From assembly GCF_947563725.1 (NCBI RefSeq), contig NC_079163.1, positions 54,694,922 through 54,758,921 of the forward strand: a DNA stretch of 64,000 bases, read 5' to 3'. Numbering within the stretch: the stretch's first letter is position 1; each line of letters opens with the position of its first letter. This DNA is from Argiope bruennichi. Its lineage: Eukaryota. The position numbers and the translations under genes were made by a program. Shown one piece after another: positions 52,093 through 64,000 of the stretch. The notes beneath the pieces are model-generated. The model did no database searches and was not told where the DNA came from. It worked only from the letters and a program-made list of their open reading frames with translations.

Positions 52093-54499
52093 ATTTTGTA
52101 TTTTTGAGTTTACACTTGCATTATAAAGAGTGATTACAATAAAATCTCCTAATTTTGAAAATTTAGAGAAACTATAGTGAGAAGAAAATTTTGAAATTGC
52201 ATTTACTTAGCGAAATATTTCAAGTGAGAACCGGGAAGAGTCCTCCATCTTTTTTTATAGTGTATGTAGGTAGTTCACTCTGGGATTGTAACCATGCAAT
52301 GGAATCTCATTTAGTATAACTGGATTAACAAACATTAATTCGGTAAAAATTTGAAAGAATGCATTTCGTAACAAATAGGTAATTCATTGTTATAAAGTCA
52401 AAATTTTGATGGGCGGCGACTGTCTTTAGAATGTTTGTTTGAAATCATAGATAATTATTTTGAAGAAAATGCCAGAAATAAGAAATTTCTCAGCTGACTA
52501 TATAGAAAGTTTTGTATAAGGATTACTTTTCATTTTTATAGGTTACAATTGGCATAAGTTCTATGTCAATAGATATGGTGCAAAGACTGCGAGTAAATCA
52601 GAACACCAAATAGATATTTCTTGAATACTTTGTAGTAATCATATTAAAAATACATCAATCAATGTTGTTTATAAAATTGCATTGCTATTTTTAAAATGAC
52701 TATAACACTGTGTTGGAAAATTTTGTTGCTTTGCAAATAAGCCTTTCATAGCTTGCCACCTCTCTTTTTTTTAATAATCATTATGTATAATGATTTTTTT
52801 AAATTGTTGAAGCATTATGGTGGTGTTGTTTCAAGGAAAGAAGAAAGTAAATTAACCATGAAACCTGTTGACACCAACTCCTATTTGATTTGAAATAGAA
52901 AAACATCAAATCTTTCCTTTAAAACTATTGGGGAATACAACATTCAAAGCTTATTGAAAAGTAAGCCTTGGAAGTGAAATAATTTTAATATAGTTAAAAC
53001 TCTATCTTCATCCTCTCTGCATCAATTCCTAATCGAACAAAGGAGGCTCGAGTGTAAGGATGCAGAGCTGCAACACCTTTTCGCCTTTCTTCCGTGTTTA
53101 AATTCATTCACACAAAGAAAAGGTGAAGATCCACAGTACTATTTTCCTTTGCAAGTGATATCTAAATCCTTTAACGGTTTAATGGAATTTTCTTCCAATG
53201 CTTCAGACGAAACGCAAGGAAAAAAATCCAAAGTTACTTTAATGTAGAATTATAGCAGAAAAGTTGGATTAATTAGAAATTTCCCCTATTTGAGAACAAA
53301 GGGTTCCTTTGTATCAATTTTCTTCTGCTGGCACTCGCGAATTCAGAACGTGAATTTTTCTAAATAGGATTTTAACAACACACAAAAAGAAACTAAGAGC
53401 GCTGTCACTGCCAACAGTATTAGAAAATATTTTTAAAACATTTTTTCTGTGAAGAACATTTTTTCGAGAGATGAAATTTGAAGATAAATAATGAAGAAAA
53501 AAAATTAATGATCATAATTAGACTTTTAAAAAAATTAAACAAATTTGAATAATTTTTTTATTTAAACTAATTTTTTTGGAGTTTTAACTAACACATGCTT
53601 AAAACTCTCAAAGGATGATGCATTCAAAATTTCTGCAAACCTGTAATTATTTTGCATGACCCTATTTAATGTCATGATGAAAATATTATGGCTTAGAATA
53701 AAATGTGGGCAATTCCAAGAAATAAGATTTCATTAAAAATATCAAATAAGATGGTCCTTCTTCCATATATTGTGCTATTTACTCAGAATAAAACGTAGAA
53801 GAAAGAAAACAGAGTTTCAAAAAATGCATTCACCCTGAAAAGCACCAAAACATACCTGTTACTGAATTTTTCACTCGAAAAAAACTAGAATAAATTGCAT
53901 TGCTGAGTAGTTTTTAAAACTACTTATAAATAATATTACCTTATTCCATACATGTATTTTTATTTTATTTTTATACTTCATGAATACTTTGAATGTTCAG
54001 CCACTCAGCTCAGAAAAGAATATATGAAAAATAATAAGAAAATTATTTCAAAGATAAGTTTTTAATTAAAAATTAATAAATAAGTAATATCCTAAATTAA
54101 AACTTTAGTACTTAAAATAACTTCCATCAACTTAAAAATATAAAAAATTTTAATAAGTAATAGTTAAATTAATGAGAATCAATTAAAAAGAAATAATTTA
54201 AGTTATGAAGATACCACTATTACTCATTAAGGACTCAAACCCCTCCCTTCGGCGATAATGCTTAAACCTCCAATGTATGTAAAATATTTAGAAGTACTTT
54301 AAAAGTATCACCCATGAATAAATCAAATGTCAATTTGTATTGCACGCATGTCACCTATCATTTTACAACTACACGACGGCTGTCCAGTAATTTTGAATCT
54401 CTGTGAAATGAAGAGGAGGTTTCTAATGCTGCCATTGAAATGAACATGAGAATATTTGGCATATGATGGTTTGAAAGCATCGTAGGAAGAAAAGTTAAT

Positions 54500-54556
54500 G
54501 TGTAAAGCGAATCATTGGCGGAGCCAGATTTCGAACCCACGGCCTTCTGACTAAAG
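54500..54556 (-). mobile_element. tRNA-like or SINE-head fragment
   Basis: The minus strand reads GGCTTTAGTCAGAAGGCCGTGGGTTCGAAATCTGGCTCCGCCAATG. It has a box-B-like GGTTCGAAATC followed by ...GCCA. No complete cloverleaf can be drawn. Confidence 0.25.
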
Positions 54557-54736
54557 CCGAAACAATGCAATTACAAATTATATATTTATCATATATAGCT
54601 CATAATCAATTATCTAAAAAACAAAATCTTTGAGAAAACACAATTCAATTGCTACAAATAAATATTATGAAATATATACTTATTTCGATAATTTATTTGA
54701 AAAGGGTAATTCAATGAAAATTGAAAATATATATAC

Positions 54737-54873
54737 ATATCAGGATATGAAAAGAGTCCTATATCGCCTTCGGAACTACCGCAAACAATAATTCGTACAT
54801 TATGGATAACAGTTGTTACTCTAGCATTGAGGGTTCCGACTGTCGTAATTTCCGAAGTCTGTAAGTTTCCAAT
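54737..54873 (-). CDS. WD40 gene exon (IGNLQTSEITTVGTLNARVTTVIHNVRIIVCGSSEGDIGLFSYPDM). The donor position is approximate.
   Basis: The acceptor is ctttattttcag|ATTGGAAAC. The donor lies within GATAT|GTATATAT. The open frame overlaps the 97-aa ORF at 54652..54945 in the supplied ORF track. Confidence 0.55.
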
Positions 54874-55244
54874 CTGAAAATAAAGTGAAATCAATTTAAC
54901 AAAAAAAGTATGCACTGAAATAATATTTATAATATACAGCAACATACTGAATATATCAGTAATTAAAGAAATAAACGAAATTCTGCTACAAGATGCTGTA
55001 CAAAATCCTAATTTAAGTAGCTATCATATGATTAATCAAAACGTTAAAGAAAATGACATAAGGGTGAAATATAATACAAATTCTCATAAAGTCATAAAAG
55101 AAACTTTGAAACAAAATACAAAAACTGTTGTACTTTAAAATTGGATGAAAGGAAAATGCGCTTTTGTATTATATGATTAAACTTAGATTTGTTTTTATCA
55201 ATAGCTTTAAAAAATTATATTTGGTGAATCAGGAAAAATCTCAC

Positions 55245-55390
55245 CATTATTTTACCAAACTTGGTTCCAAATATCACAGATAAATCAGTCCACTTTTCTC
55301 CAGTGTTTCCGGATGCATACGTAAGCGAATCAAACTTACTGAAACATGAAACTAAATCAGCTTCTAGTGACATTTTCGTCGTCACATAAC
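55245..55390 (-). CDS. WD40 gene exon (YVTTKMSLEADLVSCFSKFDSLTYASGNTGEKWTDLSVIFGTKFGKIMV)
   Basis: The acceptor is ctttattgcag|GTTATGTG and the donor is AAAATAATG|GTGAGATTT. Confidence 0.6.
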
Positions 55391-55533
55391 CTGCAATAAA
55401 GCAATTAGCAGCAATGAAAGATAATCATAATGAAACGAGATAAATAAACCGAATGAACCCTTAACATAATTTATGTTGAACATATGACAAGATTCAGAGG
55501 ATTAAATTTATCGTGAAATGCGCAAACACTTAC

Positions 55534-55678
55534 CAGTACTCATATCCATCACCCACATGTCAGAATTTTGAAATCCAACAGCCAGATGATTGGGAGATAA
55601 AATTTCCAAAACACTGATAGGGTAACATTTACATTCAGAAAAAGTGCGAACAGACAATCCTGATTCAGCAGGCCAAAC
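55534..55678 (-). CDS. WD40 gene exon (VWPAESGLSVRTFSECKCYPISVLEILSPNHLAVGFQNSDMWVMDMSTG)
   Basis: The acceptor is ttttttctcaaag|GTTTGGCC and the donor is GAGTACTG|GTAAGT. Confidence 0.65.
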
Positions 55679-55787
55679 CTTTGAGAAAAAATTATTTTCT
55701 AAAGTCAGTTATTCAAACAGAGAACAAACGAACTATAGTATTCAAAAATTAAAATTTTGGTACACAATATGGTAACGTAAAACTTAC

Positions 55788-55886
55788 CTTGAGAGTGCAA
55801 TCATCACTTCCGCTAATAATTTTATCACCTTCAGGTGAATAGCTTATTGATTTAACAGGCAAAACATGTCCTTTAAGGCAAGAGAT
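55788..55886 (-). CDS. WD40 gene exon (ISCLKGHVLPVKSISYSPEGDKIISGSDDCTLK)
   Basis: The acceptor is ttttcttag|ATCTCTTGCC and the donor is CTCAAG|GTAAGTT. The segment is 99 nt and is a textbook WD repeat. Confidence 0.75.
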
Positions 55887-57216
55887 CTAAGAAAATATTA
55901 CAGATATTTTTAAAAAAGCCAAACCATTACTTGGAAATGAGAGAAATGAAAATTAGACGATAAATTGTTAAAAATTTAAAACATTCTCTTACATCACCAT
56001 TTCTTAATTTATAACTTACAATATAATTTTGGCTGAATGCATGAAGAAATGTTAACAGATGTAAATATAAAAATAATAATAACGAAAATAAACAAGAAAG
56101 CCAAATACAGAAATATGTAAAACAGTTTATAGAATAAATATACACGCCTCTATATAATTACGCAAAATATACTTTACTTATATTTTACAAATTGATATAT
56201 TCATTACATAATTGCTATTCAGAGCTATGCCCACCTTAAGATTCATAGGAAAAAAACATACCTTTTAAAAATTAGTTTTCAAATTTTAGCACTTTAAAAA
56301 AAATGAACAGAATGAATTATATCAGCTCAGTTTATTTTGGGTTTTAACAATCAAGTAACAAAATAATAATATATATTCTATCAAATGTTTTTTCCTTTTT
56401 TTTTTTTTTTTTTGCATATATTTTAAACAACTAATGTTATATGATAAAGAGAAATGCAAGTAAATCTTTTGGAATTGCTATTTAAAAAGAAGCATCCAAT
56501 TACCTTTATTATTACTAATAATATAAACGGTGCATCTAGTAACAATAAATTTTACATGAAATCCTAAATGTAGAAACATTGCAACAAGATATACGAAAAA
56601 TTAAAAACGATTTTCTTAAAATGTTTTTAAACTTAAAGATAATGCACTCTTATGAGTGTTACTACAAGGATAAGGGACACCAAATGTATATTAATTTTTG
56701 CCTCGTCGTTATATTTAACTTAAAATACATTATCACATTAATGTTTGAATTCCATGCCTTCTAATGCAGGCATCTGGACTCCATCCCTGTTTAAGCCACT
56801 GACTTTAGTGTGTATATATATACACACACACATATTATATATATATTACAATAAAAGGTTCATAAAATTGACGTTACAATGAGAAATAACAGCTAAAGAA
56901 CTACCACCAACTACTTAAATCACAGCAAATTTTCGAAATCTTATTGTACAAGAGTATCAAACTATTATTAAAGAAGCATTAACGATAGAAAACAGTAAAA
57001 CGTGAGTTAAGTTCTTGCAATGAAATATACAACAGATGGAATGGTACTAGACAATAACTATTAACAAAGAAAATAAACAGTACAGGTGGAATTAATATTT
57101 TTCTATTTATATATAGATGGATATAGATACATACTGAATACATTTGGCAGAGACAAAACAGAAAAAAAAAAGTTTGTGTTTCACTGAATGTTTGCATTAC
57201 AATACGAGATCAGAGC

Positions 57217-57243
57217 AAAAAAAAAAAAAAAAAAAAAAAAAAA
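57217..57243. repeat. A27 homopolymer
   Basis: Read directly. Confidence 0.9.
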
Positions 57244-57436
57244 GATTTAAAGATATGCAAAATAAGGAACCAAAAAGTCTGAAGTAGAACTTATTTTATC
57301 TTTTATGTAACAATTATTTTTTAAAAATATTTATGAAATATTCATATAATTAAGCTAGATAGTTTTCTACTTAAAAAGCGCACTACTATAATAGTTATGA
57401 TAAGAACAAAACAATTCAGTAATAAGAAAAACAAAC

Positions 57437-57556
57437 CTTAAGTCCTTGTTCAGACGACCAAATAGTCACATCAGAATTCATGTATGATGTGATTATGTTC
57501 AAACCATCTAATGTATAAACTATTGATTTAACTGAATAACCACTGCTTGATAGTGT
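57437..57556 (-). CDS. WD40 gene exon (TLSSSGYSVKSIVYTLDGLNIITSYMNSDVTIWSSEQGLK)
   Basis: The acceptor is tttattctttcag|ACACTATC and the donor is CTTAAG|GTTTGTT. The segment is 120 nt, 40 codons. Confidence 0.6.
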
Positions 57557-58435
57557 CTGAAAGAATAAACATTCAGTTACTAATTATTAAGGGAAATACT
57601 ACTTTAAGAAACATTTTTTTTAGATTAAACCAGGGGTTCCCATTGGAAACCCATTGTGGAAACAATCAACAACAAACAGTGTTTGATGGATCGCAACTAG
57701 ATCGTGAATTCATATGCATCTTTCTGCAATTTTTTTTATTGTGATGTGGACTTCAGATCATCATCAAACCACAACGCATCAACACAACAAAAAGTTGGGC
57801 AATAAGTAAATAAGCAATTTGTGTCGAAGAAATAAAACTTCTTTTCAATATGCGAATGATGCAGGTAAAGAATCAGCGTTTTGCCCAAGATATATTTGTC
57901 GCATCGCCTATTACTCAAATCTGCAGTTTCTCTTAAGGTTATGTTTCCAAGACCACCCACTTAATTAGAAACTTCTTTTCACTATGAATGTTTAATTTAA
58001 TAAGACTATACATTAATTTTGAAGCGATATTTTATTACTTGTATGAACATTCATTATATTCGATAATAAATATTTTTTTCTCTTCACTAAAGTTCACTTT
58101 TGTTCCAAAAAACAGTTTCAGAAAGAATATGAGCTAATTGTCTTTCAAAGATATTAAAGATAGAGGATTAGATGTCTTGTTTAGATTCAATTTCTAAAAG
58201 ATTGGTCGCAATATTTAAAAGCTTGAGAACCCCAGGATTACTGATAATATAAAAAAATTATGGTTATGCCTTTTTCAAAATTCTTCAGATTAAGTTATTT
58301 CAATAAAAAAAACTTACAGAGAAAAAAATATTGTTGGAAATAAATTATAAAGATATATAACATTCAAAATTTTTATAAGATATAAACAAAAAAATAAAAG
58401 AAAGTGAAACTGACTAGCTTTTTTTCAAGAGAAAC

Positions 58436-58523
58436 TGTATCCCATATTTCAATGTTTCCACTCCATAAACCACAGGCAACTTGCTGTTTTGTAGGATGAT
58501 GATCGATACAATTTACAGGACAT
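58436..58523 (-). CDS. WD40 gene exon (RCPVNCIDHHPTKQQVACGLWSGNIEIWDT). The 3' boundary is uncertain.
   Basis: The acceptor cttcattag|ATGTCCTG is clear. The donor is weak (ACA|GTTTCT), and the frame stays open a further 20 codons beyond it. Confidence 0.45.
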
Positions 58524-61500
58524 CTAATGAAGTATATTAAAAAAATTCAATGACAATATTATTTAAAATGAGCATTTATCTCATGTTTGCATTCATTTAA
58601 TTAAAAAATATTTCCCATTCTTTCTTGAGTAAAGCAAATATACTAAAATAATATAAAAAGTATAAATATACTGCAGTTCTGGACAATTACATATTAAATA
58701 CAAATAAACTACAAGTATCCCGGAAATGAAATAAATGCAAAAACAGAATTTGTCTAAATATTTTATGTAAAAAAATATTTTATGTAAATATCATTTATAA
58801 TAAATTCACTCAGGTAGCATTCAATCATAAGACATATATTGCTCTCATGAAAAATAATTTTAAAACAAAACTTTTGTATTTCTAGGCTGGTTTCATGAAC
58901 CGGAGAGAGCATTTTTAACTTTCATATTGTTTCATTTTAAAATTTGGCAATGTTAAACAAAACATACATTTTATTGAAAAATATTTTAAAACATTGCGGC
59001 ATGTTTGATTTATATTTGTTTAACACATCTTTGTAGTGTAATTTAATTGGCGACATCAAAATTCACTTTTTTAATTAAAAAAATGTAATTAAAAAATTAA
59101 AATGAATTATTAAAATCTGATATAGAGAAGAAAAACATAAAAAACATTTTCAATTTCTTAAAAAAATGCCTAAATTTTAATAAAAATATATGAAAAACAT
59201 GCACCTTCTTTCACACAAACAAGATTTAACAAAGCATGTTTTATGAAAAATCAAACAATAAACATAAATCCATAGTTAAAGAATAAATTTAGATCTAGAG
59301 ATGAGTATGATAGAAATCTATATTTCATGGTTAGTTTTAATAAGCTGTGTGCAGTATCCTTCAGGTTGACCGCCTAATTTGTAATAATAATTAGGTCAGT
59401 AAAAATTGAAATTTGTGTCATTAATAACAATTAATATTGTAGCAGCATTGGTAGTTTTTTTTTTTTTAAATTTAAGCTATTTAACAAAATAATTTCCAAC
59501 TGAAATACTAAAACCAAAATTGTTATTTTCGAAAGATAAAGCTGAATATATATATATATATATATATACAAAATCGAACACCATAATAAATGAAGCTTTT
59601 ATGTTCAAATTTATCTATTCAAGCTTTAAAATTTCTCATTTGCTAGATTAAATCAAATGTTGATAAAATAGCAATTACACGCATTTATATTCTGACATTT
59701 CTTGAATACGATACTTAAAAATCTATTAAAAATTATGGTAAAAAATCTAAAACAAGTTTTTAATTTCAGATAATAATTGAATAAGAATTAACTTATCGCT
59801 TAAAACAAACCAGGGCGGGGCAGGGTGTCCATTTGTAATATAAGTAGATTATAAATTAAAGAGAGGAATTTTAAAGATGAGAGATAATGTTCAATAATAG
59901 ATTTCGAAAGAAAAAAAAGAAAGAAAATTCCATAGCACGAGTTATATAGGGTTTTTAATTTAAAGCAAGATTCAAAGATGCGTTTTTTTTAACGTTCAGT
60001 TATTTAAAAGTCGATATCGAAATATGAGACCAAGGTTAACTCCGCATATAACCAACTCAGTAGTTGTCCGACTAAACAGTTGAAAGACCACACTGATCGC
60101 TTTTTTATTGAAGATGGCATAACTTTCTGTAACCAAATGAAAGTGCCCCATTTTCTGTTGACTAAATCCAACTAAATCCAAAAACACCAACTAAAAATCG
60201 TCGCTCATTAGGAGTTGAAGGTCATTGAGTTCTACAACTGGCCTACATCATAATTTGTCAGACGTCAAGTTTAATAATTAATATTAATAATTTTTCATAT
60301 GTTAATAACTGTTAATTCATTTTTATTAATAATAAATGCACTTTATAACAGTGATATGAAATTTCAATTAATTTAAGCAATTTTTCATAATAATTCAAAA
60401 ATGTTAAATTCAATAAATTAAATTTTTTTAATTCACATATCTGAATATTTATAAAAATAAATTGGAAAGATCTCAAATATTCATTTTACAATAAAAAATG
60501 TACTTGTCTTTTCTTTGGCAAAATTATTTTGAGTATAACTATTGAATAACTAGTATTTTCTATGCAACATTCCATGAGTCATACAGCTCAGTCAGATAAT
60601 TTTTTAATTGTCAAATACTAAAATATGCAGAAGAACGAAATAAAAATAAGACAGTTGCTATTGATTACAGAACATTGGGACTAATGTAATCCGCCATTTC
60701 TTTTGTGCGCACATTTTTCCATTTGCTTCTCTTGAAGACTTGTCGTTCATTATGCACATTTTTTTAAAATCATTTTTCGTCATATTCTCATCATCACACT
60801 TCTTATTGTTGTCATTTATCATTCAATATTTAGTATTAGATCGAATCGCAATTTGAGCTTCATGATTCATTGGGTGTCATGTAGAAAATTGCAGTTGATA
60901 ATACAGTCTTCCAAACAATTCTACAATTCCAAACTAATTTGAAAAAAAAAAAAAAAAGAAAAAAAGAAGCGAGCTCTTCAATAATATAGTCTATTGAAGA
61001 ACTCCACAAGAAATTTCTTAATAATATTTTCTACAAGTTCTGCAATAACAATACTTACACAAATATTTAAATTAGTAAATTGCAGAAATTAATTTATTAA
61101 ATTCAAAATATCTCAATTACAAAATGAATTAATCAAATTATAAAAAATTACATAATTATATAAAATACAATTATTAATAAACATAGTTATAATGACTAAA
61201 AGTATGCAAAATTATATTATTTTAAAATGCAATGACTGGCAAGTTAAAACATACATCTATAATTGTATTTATGCAATTATAAAACAACTACTATCTTATG
61301 AATTCCAGATTCACTAACAAATATTGCAGTATATATTATATAAAATCCGAAATCGAATCAATTTCAATCGATTGCATTAAAGATTACGTATCAAACAATA
61401 ATTAATTGTACGAAACTTAAGCTTAATAGCATTTTTTTTTTATTTATTGTCTCCGTATGTGCAAATATGCGCTTCATTCAAAGGGTTCCTAAGAAATTGA

Positions 61501-62478
61501 GTGCTAGGAATCCTTAACAAGATTATTCAGCCTCTGTAGATGGTTCTTTGAAAAACTGTATATCGAAAGCTGATATATTTCTAATATTTATTGATAAAAT
61601 CCATGACATTGCAGCAACCTCAGCTTAGTCCACAGAAACAAGATTTAAAGCTTCCCGATATCCTCTCCCCAGAGTGATTGAATCTGGTGAAAAATGCCAA
61701 ATACTGCCAAATCTGTGCAACTTTTCATATGTAACTAAGCATTGCTTAGAGCATCGCAATGCAGGATTAAAATAATAAGAAAATAACTAAAAGAAGATGA
61801 CTTAAAATCAGAAATGCCATTTAAATATAAATCCTAGCAGATACTTAACAGTATTTAAAGAAATTCCATAACAATTATGAGTTGTGAGGCAGCACACATG
61901 AAGTAGACATGAAAAGTAAATTAACTTTTTTAGTTAGCAAAATATGGTTTCTTTTAAGTTCCCAATTTAAAAGCATAATCAATATTTTGAGTATAACATT
62001 TCAAAATTTAAAAACTGTCTTCTACATAATGCTCATAATAAGATGATGCTGATGCATAATGCACAGGTAATTTTGTCAGATCAATGAACCACAGTACGAA
62101 GGTCTTCATAATTTTAATTTTGAACGATTGTGAAAAAATAAATATTTACAAACATACTTGTATGGTTTTTAGAACATAGAGCGTAAATAAAGTTGCATAG
62201 TTCTACAAGTTGGAACAAACAAGTGTCTTGAAAACGACAAACATAAACAAATATTCGTATTAAGCCACAGAATGGTAGTGACAAGGGATTTTTCTCCCCT
62301 TTCTGATAGAGAGCTTTCAAGCTGAAATATAGAAAAGCACTTCCCTCTTCCTCCTTTACAATACAGACTCATTATTCTTAACAACAATTCATGGGGATTA
62401 TTTAAATAATAATTACACTAATGGTTAACGACTATGTAAAAATAGAATGTAATAACTATATCATAAAATCAAGTTTAC

Positions 62479-62625
62479 CCAAAATCAATGACTGAAATAG
62501 AGCTTCCGTCTCTCAAACTCCACAGCCGCACAGAATTGTCCCACCCAGATGAAAGTAAAATAGTGCTTGAAGAATCAGCACAACAACAGGAAACGATGTG
62601 TTTATGTCCTTTCAGTACAGAAATG
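62479..62625 (-). CDS. WD40 gene exon (ISVLKGHKHIVSCCCADSSSTILLSSGWDNSVRLWSLRDGSSISVIDFG)
   Basis: On the minus strand the acceptor is ttttttttttttttgtag|CATTTCTG and the donor is ATTGATTTTGG|GTAAACTT. The segment is 147 nt, an open frame, and a classic WD repeat. Confidence 0.7.
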
Positions 62626-64000
62626 CTACAAAAAAAAAAAAAAAAATACCAAGTTAAAGTGAAAGCAAAACATATTGAATTTTCAGAAACAGAGAATTAT
62701 ACAAATTCATTCGCACTCAACGAGGAAGAAAGATTTTTTTAATACTTTAACGATCAAAAAATTTTAAAATCTCCACCATCTATTTGTCAAAAATAAAATA
62801 AAAAAAATCAGTTCCGGTATAGAATTTTTTTTTTCGTGTTCATTATTATGTAAGTTGATTCTTATTTAGAAAATAAGTGAAGATATAAAAAATAATTTAG
62901 AGTGCAATAAGGAGATTTTATGGAATAAGAAACAAGTAAACACATCCTTTATTTCACTTTTTTCTTTTGCTCAATTTAACTTCACATTATGATACTGATG
63001 GTCAAAATTTTGAAATTTTAAAATGATTTGCAACAACACAATTTTTTTAAAAACCAGTATTAAGAGAAATTATCAAAAATCTCTCCCCCCCCCATATACG
63101 CAGTCACAATTCATTTCTTTTCAAAACATATGCAGCTCGTGGGTGAAATATGAGTCAGAAAAATCTGCATGCTGATCTGCTTAGTATAATTTGTCAAAAA
63201 AGTATCTGAACACATCTTATTACTTGTAGTCTATAATAGCTAAAATCAAGAACAATTCAATCTATTCGTATGCCCTCGTCATTCAATTTGTATGTCTTCT
63301 TTAAAAATTTAATTTCACAATTTAAGTTAACTGCATTCTCATAACGGGTCATCTACATATTTATATTTGCATCATTTTGCACTTTCCCAGCTGCAGCCTC
63401 CATTTTTTAATGTTTCTATATAATAAGAAATCTCTATATCTGAATTTTAGATGAATTGATTCAAACTTATAAGAGACATACAAATAAAAGGTTTTAGGGG
63501 ATGTTTCAAATAAATGTCACCAAATCACTTGACTAATGTTTTCCTTTGTGGAAATTTTACTTTCACTCGCTAGTAACTTTGCTATAACGAAGATTAATGT
63601 TTTTATACTGTTAGAAATGATGAAAAATGACTAAATGAGAATTAGAAATGCACATTTTTATTTGTGTATTTAATAACAAAAATAAATAAATAAATAATAG
63701 TTTAATAGTATTTTAAAGATACATTGTTAAAAATAATTAAACATTCTGGAGTTCTGAAATTGGGAAAAAGTGCAGCAATTAATATCAAATCGAAAATAAT
63801 CCAATGTTGTTAAATTGCATATTCAAATTTTCATCAATGATACTTAAAATTTTTCGCAGAATTTTTTTTAACATTTTATCTCTTTTTACTAGAAAGATTA
63901 TTAAATAATAAAAATTAATTTAAGAAAACTTTTAAGCTTTTGTTCCATTTTCAAAAAAGACATCTGTTCAAAATATAGAGACATTGAATTATCCACACAT

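Larger units (their letters stand above)
22004..62625 (-). other. Multi-exon gene for a multi-WD40-repeat (beta-propeller) protein. It spans at least 40 kb; the 3' end is at about 22.0 kb and the 5' end is probably outside the window.
   Basis: About 19 minus-strand segments with open frames are bounded by polypyrimidine-AG acceptors and GTRAGT-like donors. Their translations repeatedly show WD40 signatures, GH...(S/T)GS.D...(K/R)(I/L)W, for example LKGHKHIVSCCCADSSSTILLSSGWDNSVRLWSL, LKGHVLPVKSISYSPEGDKIISGSDDCTLK and SCSLDGTVNLWKI. The gene is built from the exon entries listed below. Confidence 0.75.

Noticed and set aside
59996-60190. 64-aa minus-strand ORF between confirmed WD exons
   Set aside because: It has no WD-like motifs in any frame and no convincing acceptor or donor pair, so it is not counted as an exon.
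1-64000. Prokaryotic-style features: operons, Shine-Dalgarno-led CDSs, CRISPR arrays, defence systems
   Set aside because: The sequence is clearly eukaryotic. It has spliced exons with GT-AG introns, SINE, LINE and MITE repeats, poly(A) tails and long AT-rich introns. No direct-repeat/spacer array or compact gene cluster exists.

Overview
This is eukaryotic, AT-rich (about 68-70% A+T) nuclear DNA of the arthropod/invertebrate kind, with long introns and many interspersed repeats. It is not a prokaryotic locus, so there are no operons, CRISPR arrays or defence islands to annotate. Most of the window (about 22.0-62.6 kb) is one large multi-exon gene on the minus strand encoding a multi-WD40-repeat, beta-propeller protein. 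I reconstructed about 19 exons by translating and reading splice signals directly. The gene ends in a terminal exon with a TGA stop at 22140-22142, and its 5' end probably lies beyond the window. Its introns hold degraded I/R1-like non-LTR retrotransposon pieces (RT C-terminus plus RNase H, and a gag with three CCHC knuckles), two copies of a roughly 290-bp piggyBac-like MITE with TTAA duplications, and a candidate poly(A)-tailed retroposed element. The 3' flank of the gene (1-21 kb) is packed with at least seven copies of a tRNA-derived SINE family. Each copy is about 250-290 bp, with a tRNA-like head, a central domain and a conserved 3' domain ending in ...AAAACGGGACGTTGATATAACTAAA. Other oddities: a perfect 68-bp palindrome, long homopolymer runs, microsatellites, G/C-homopolymer-flanked segments, and two unexplained hydrophobic ORFs on the gene strand inside introns. 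I found no self-contained previously undescribed system. The most interesting signals are the apparently uncharacterised SINE family, the piggyBac-type MITE sitting 13 bp from a splice donor, and possible nested or alternative hydrophobic exons.
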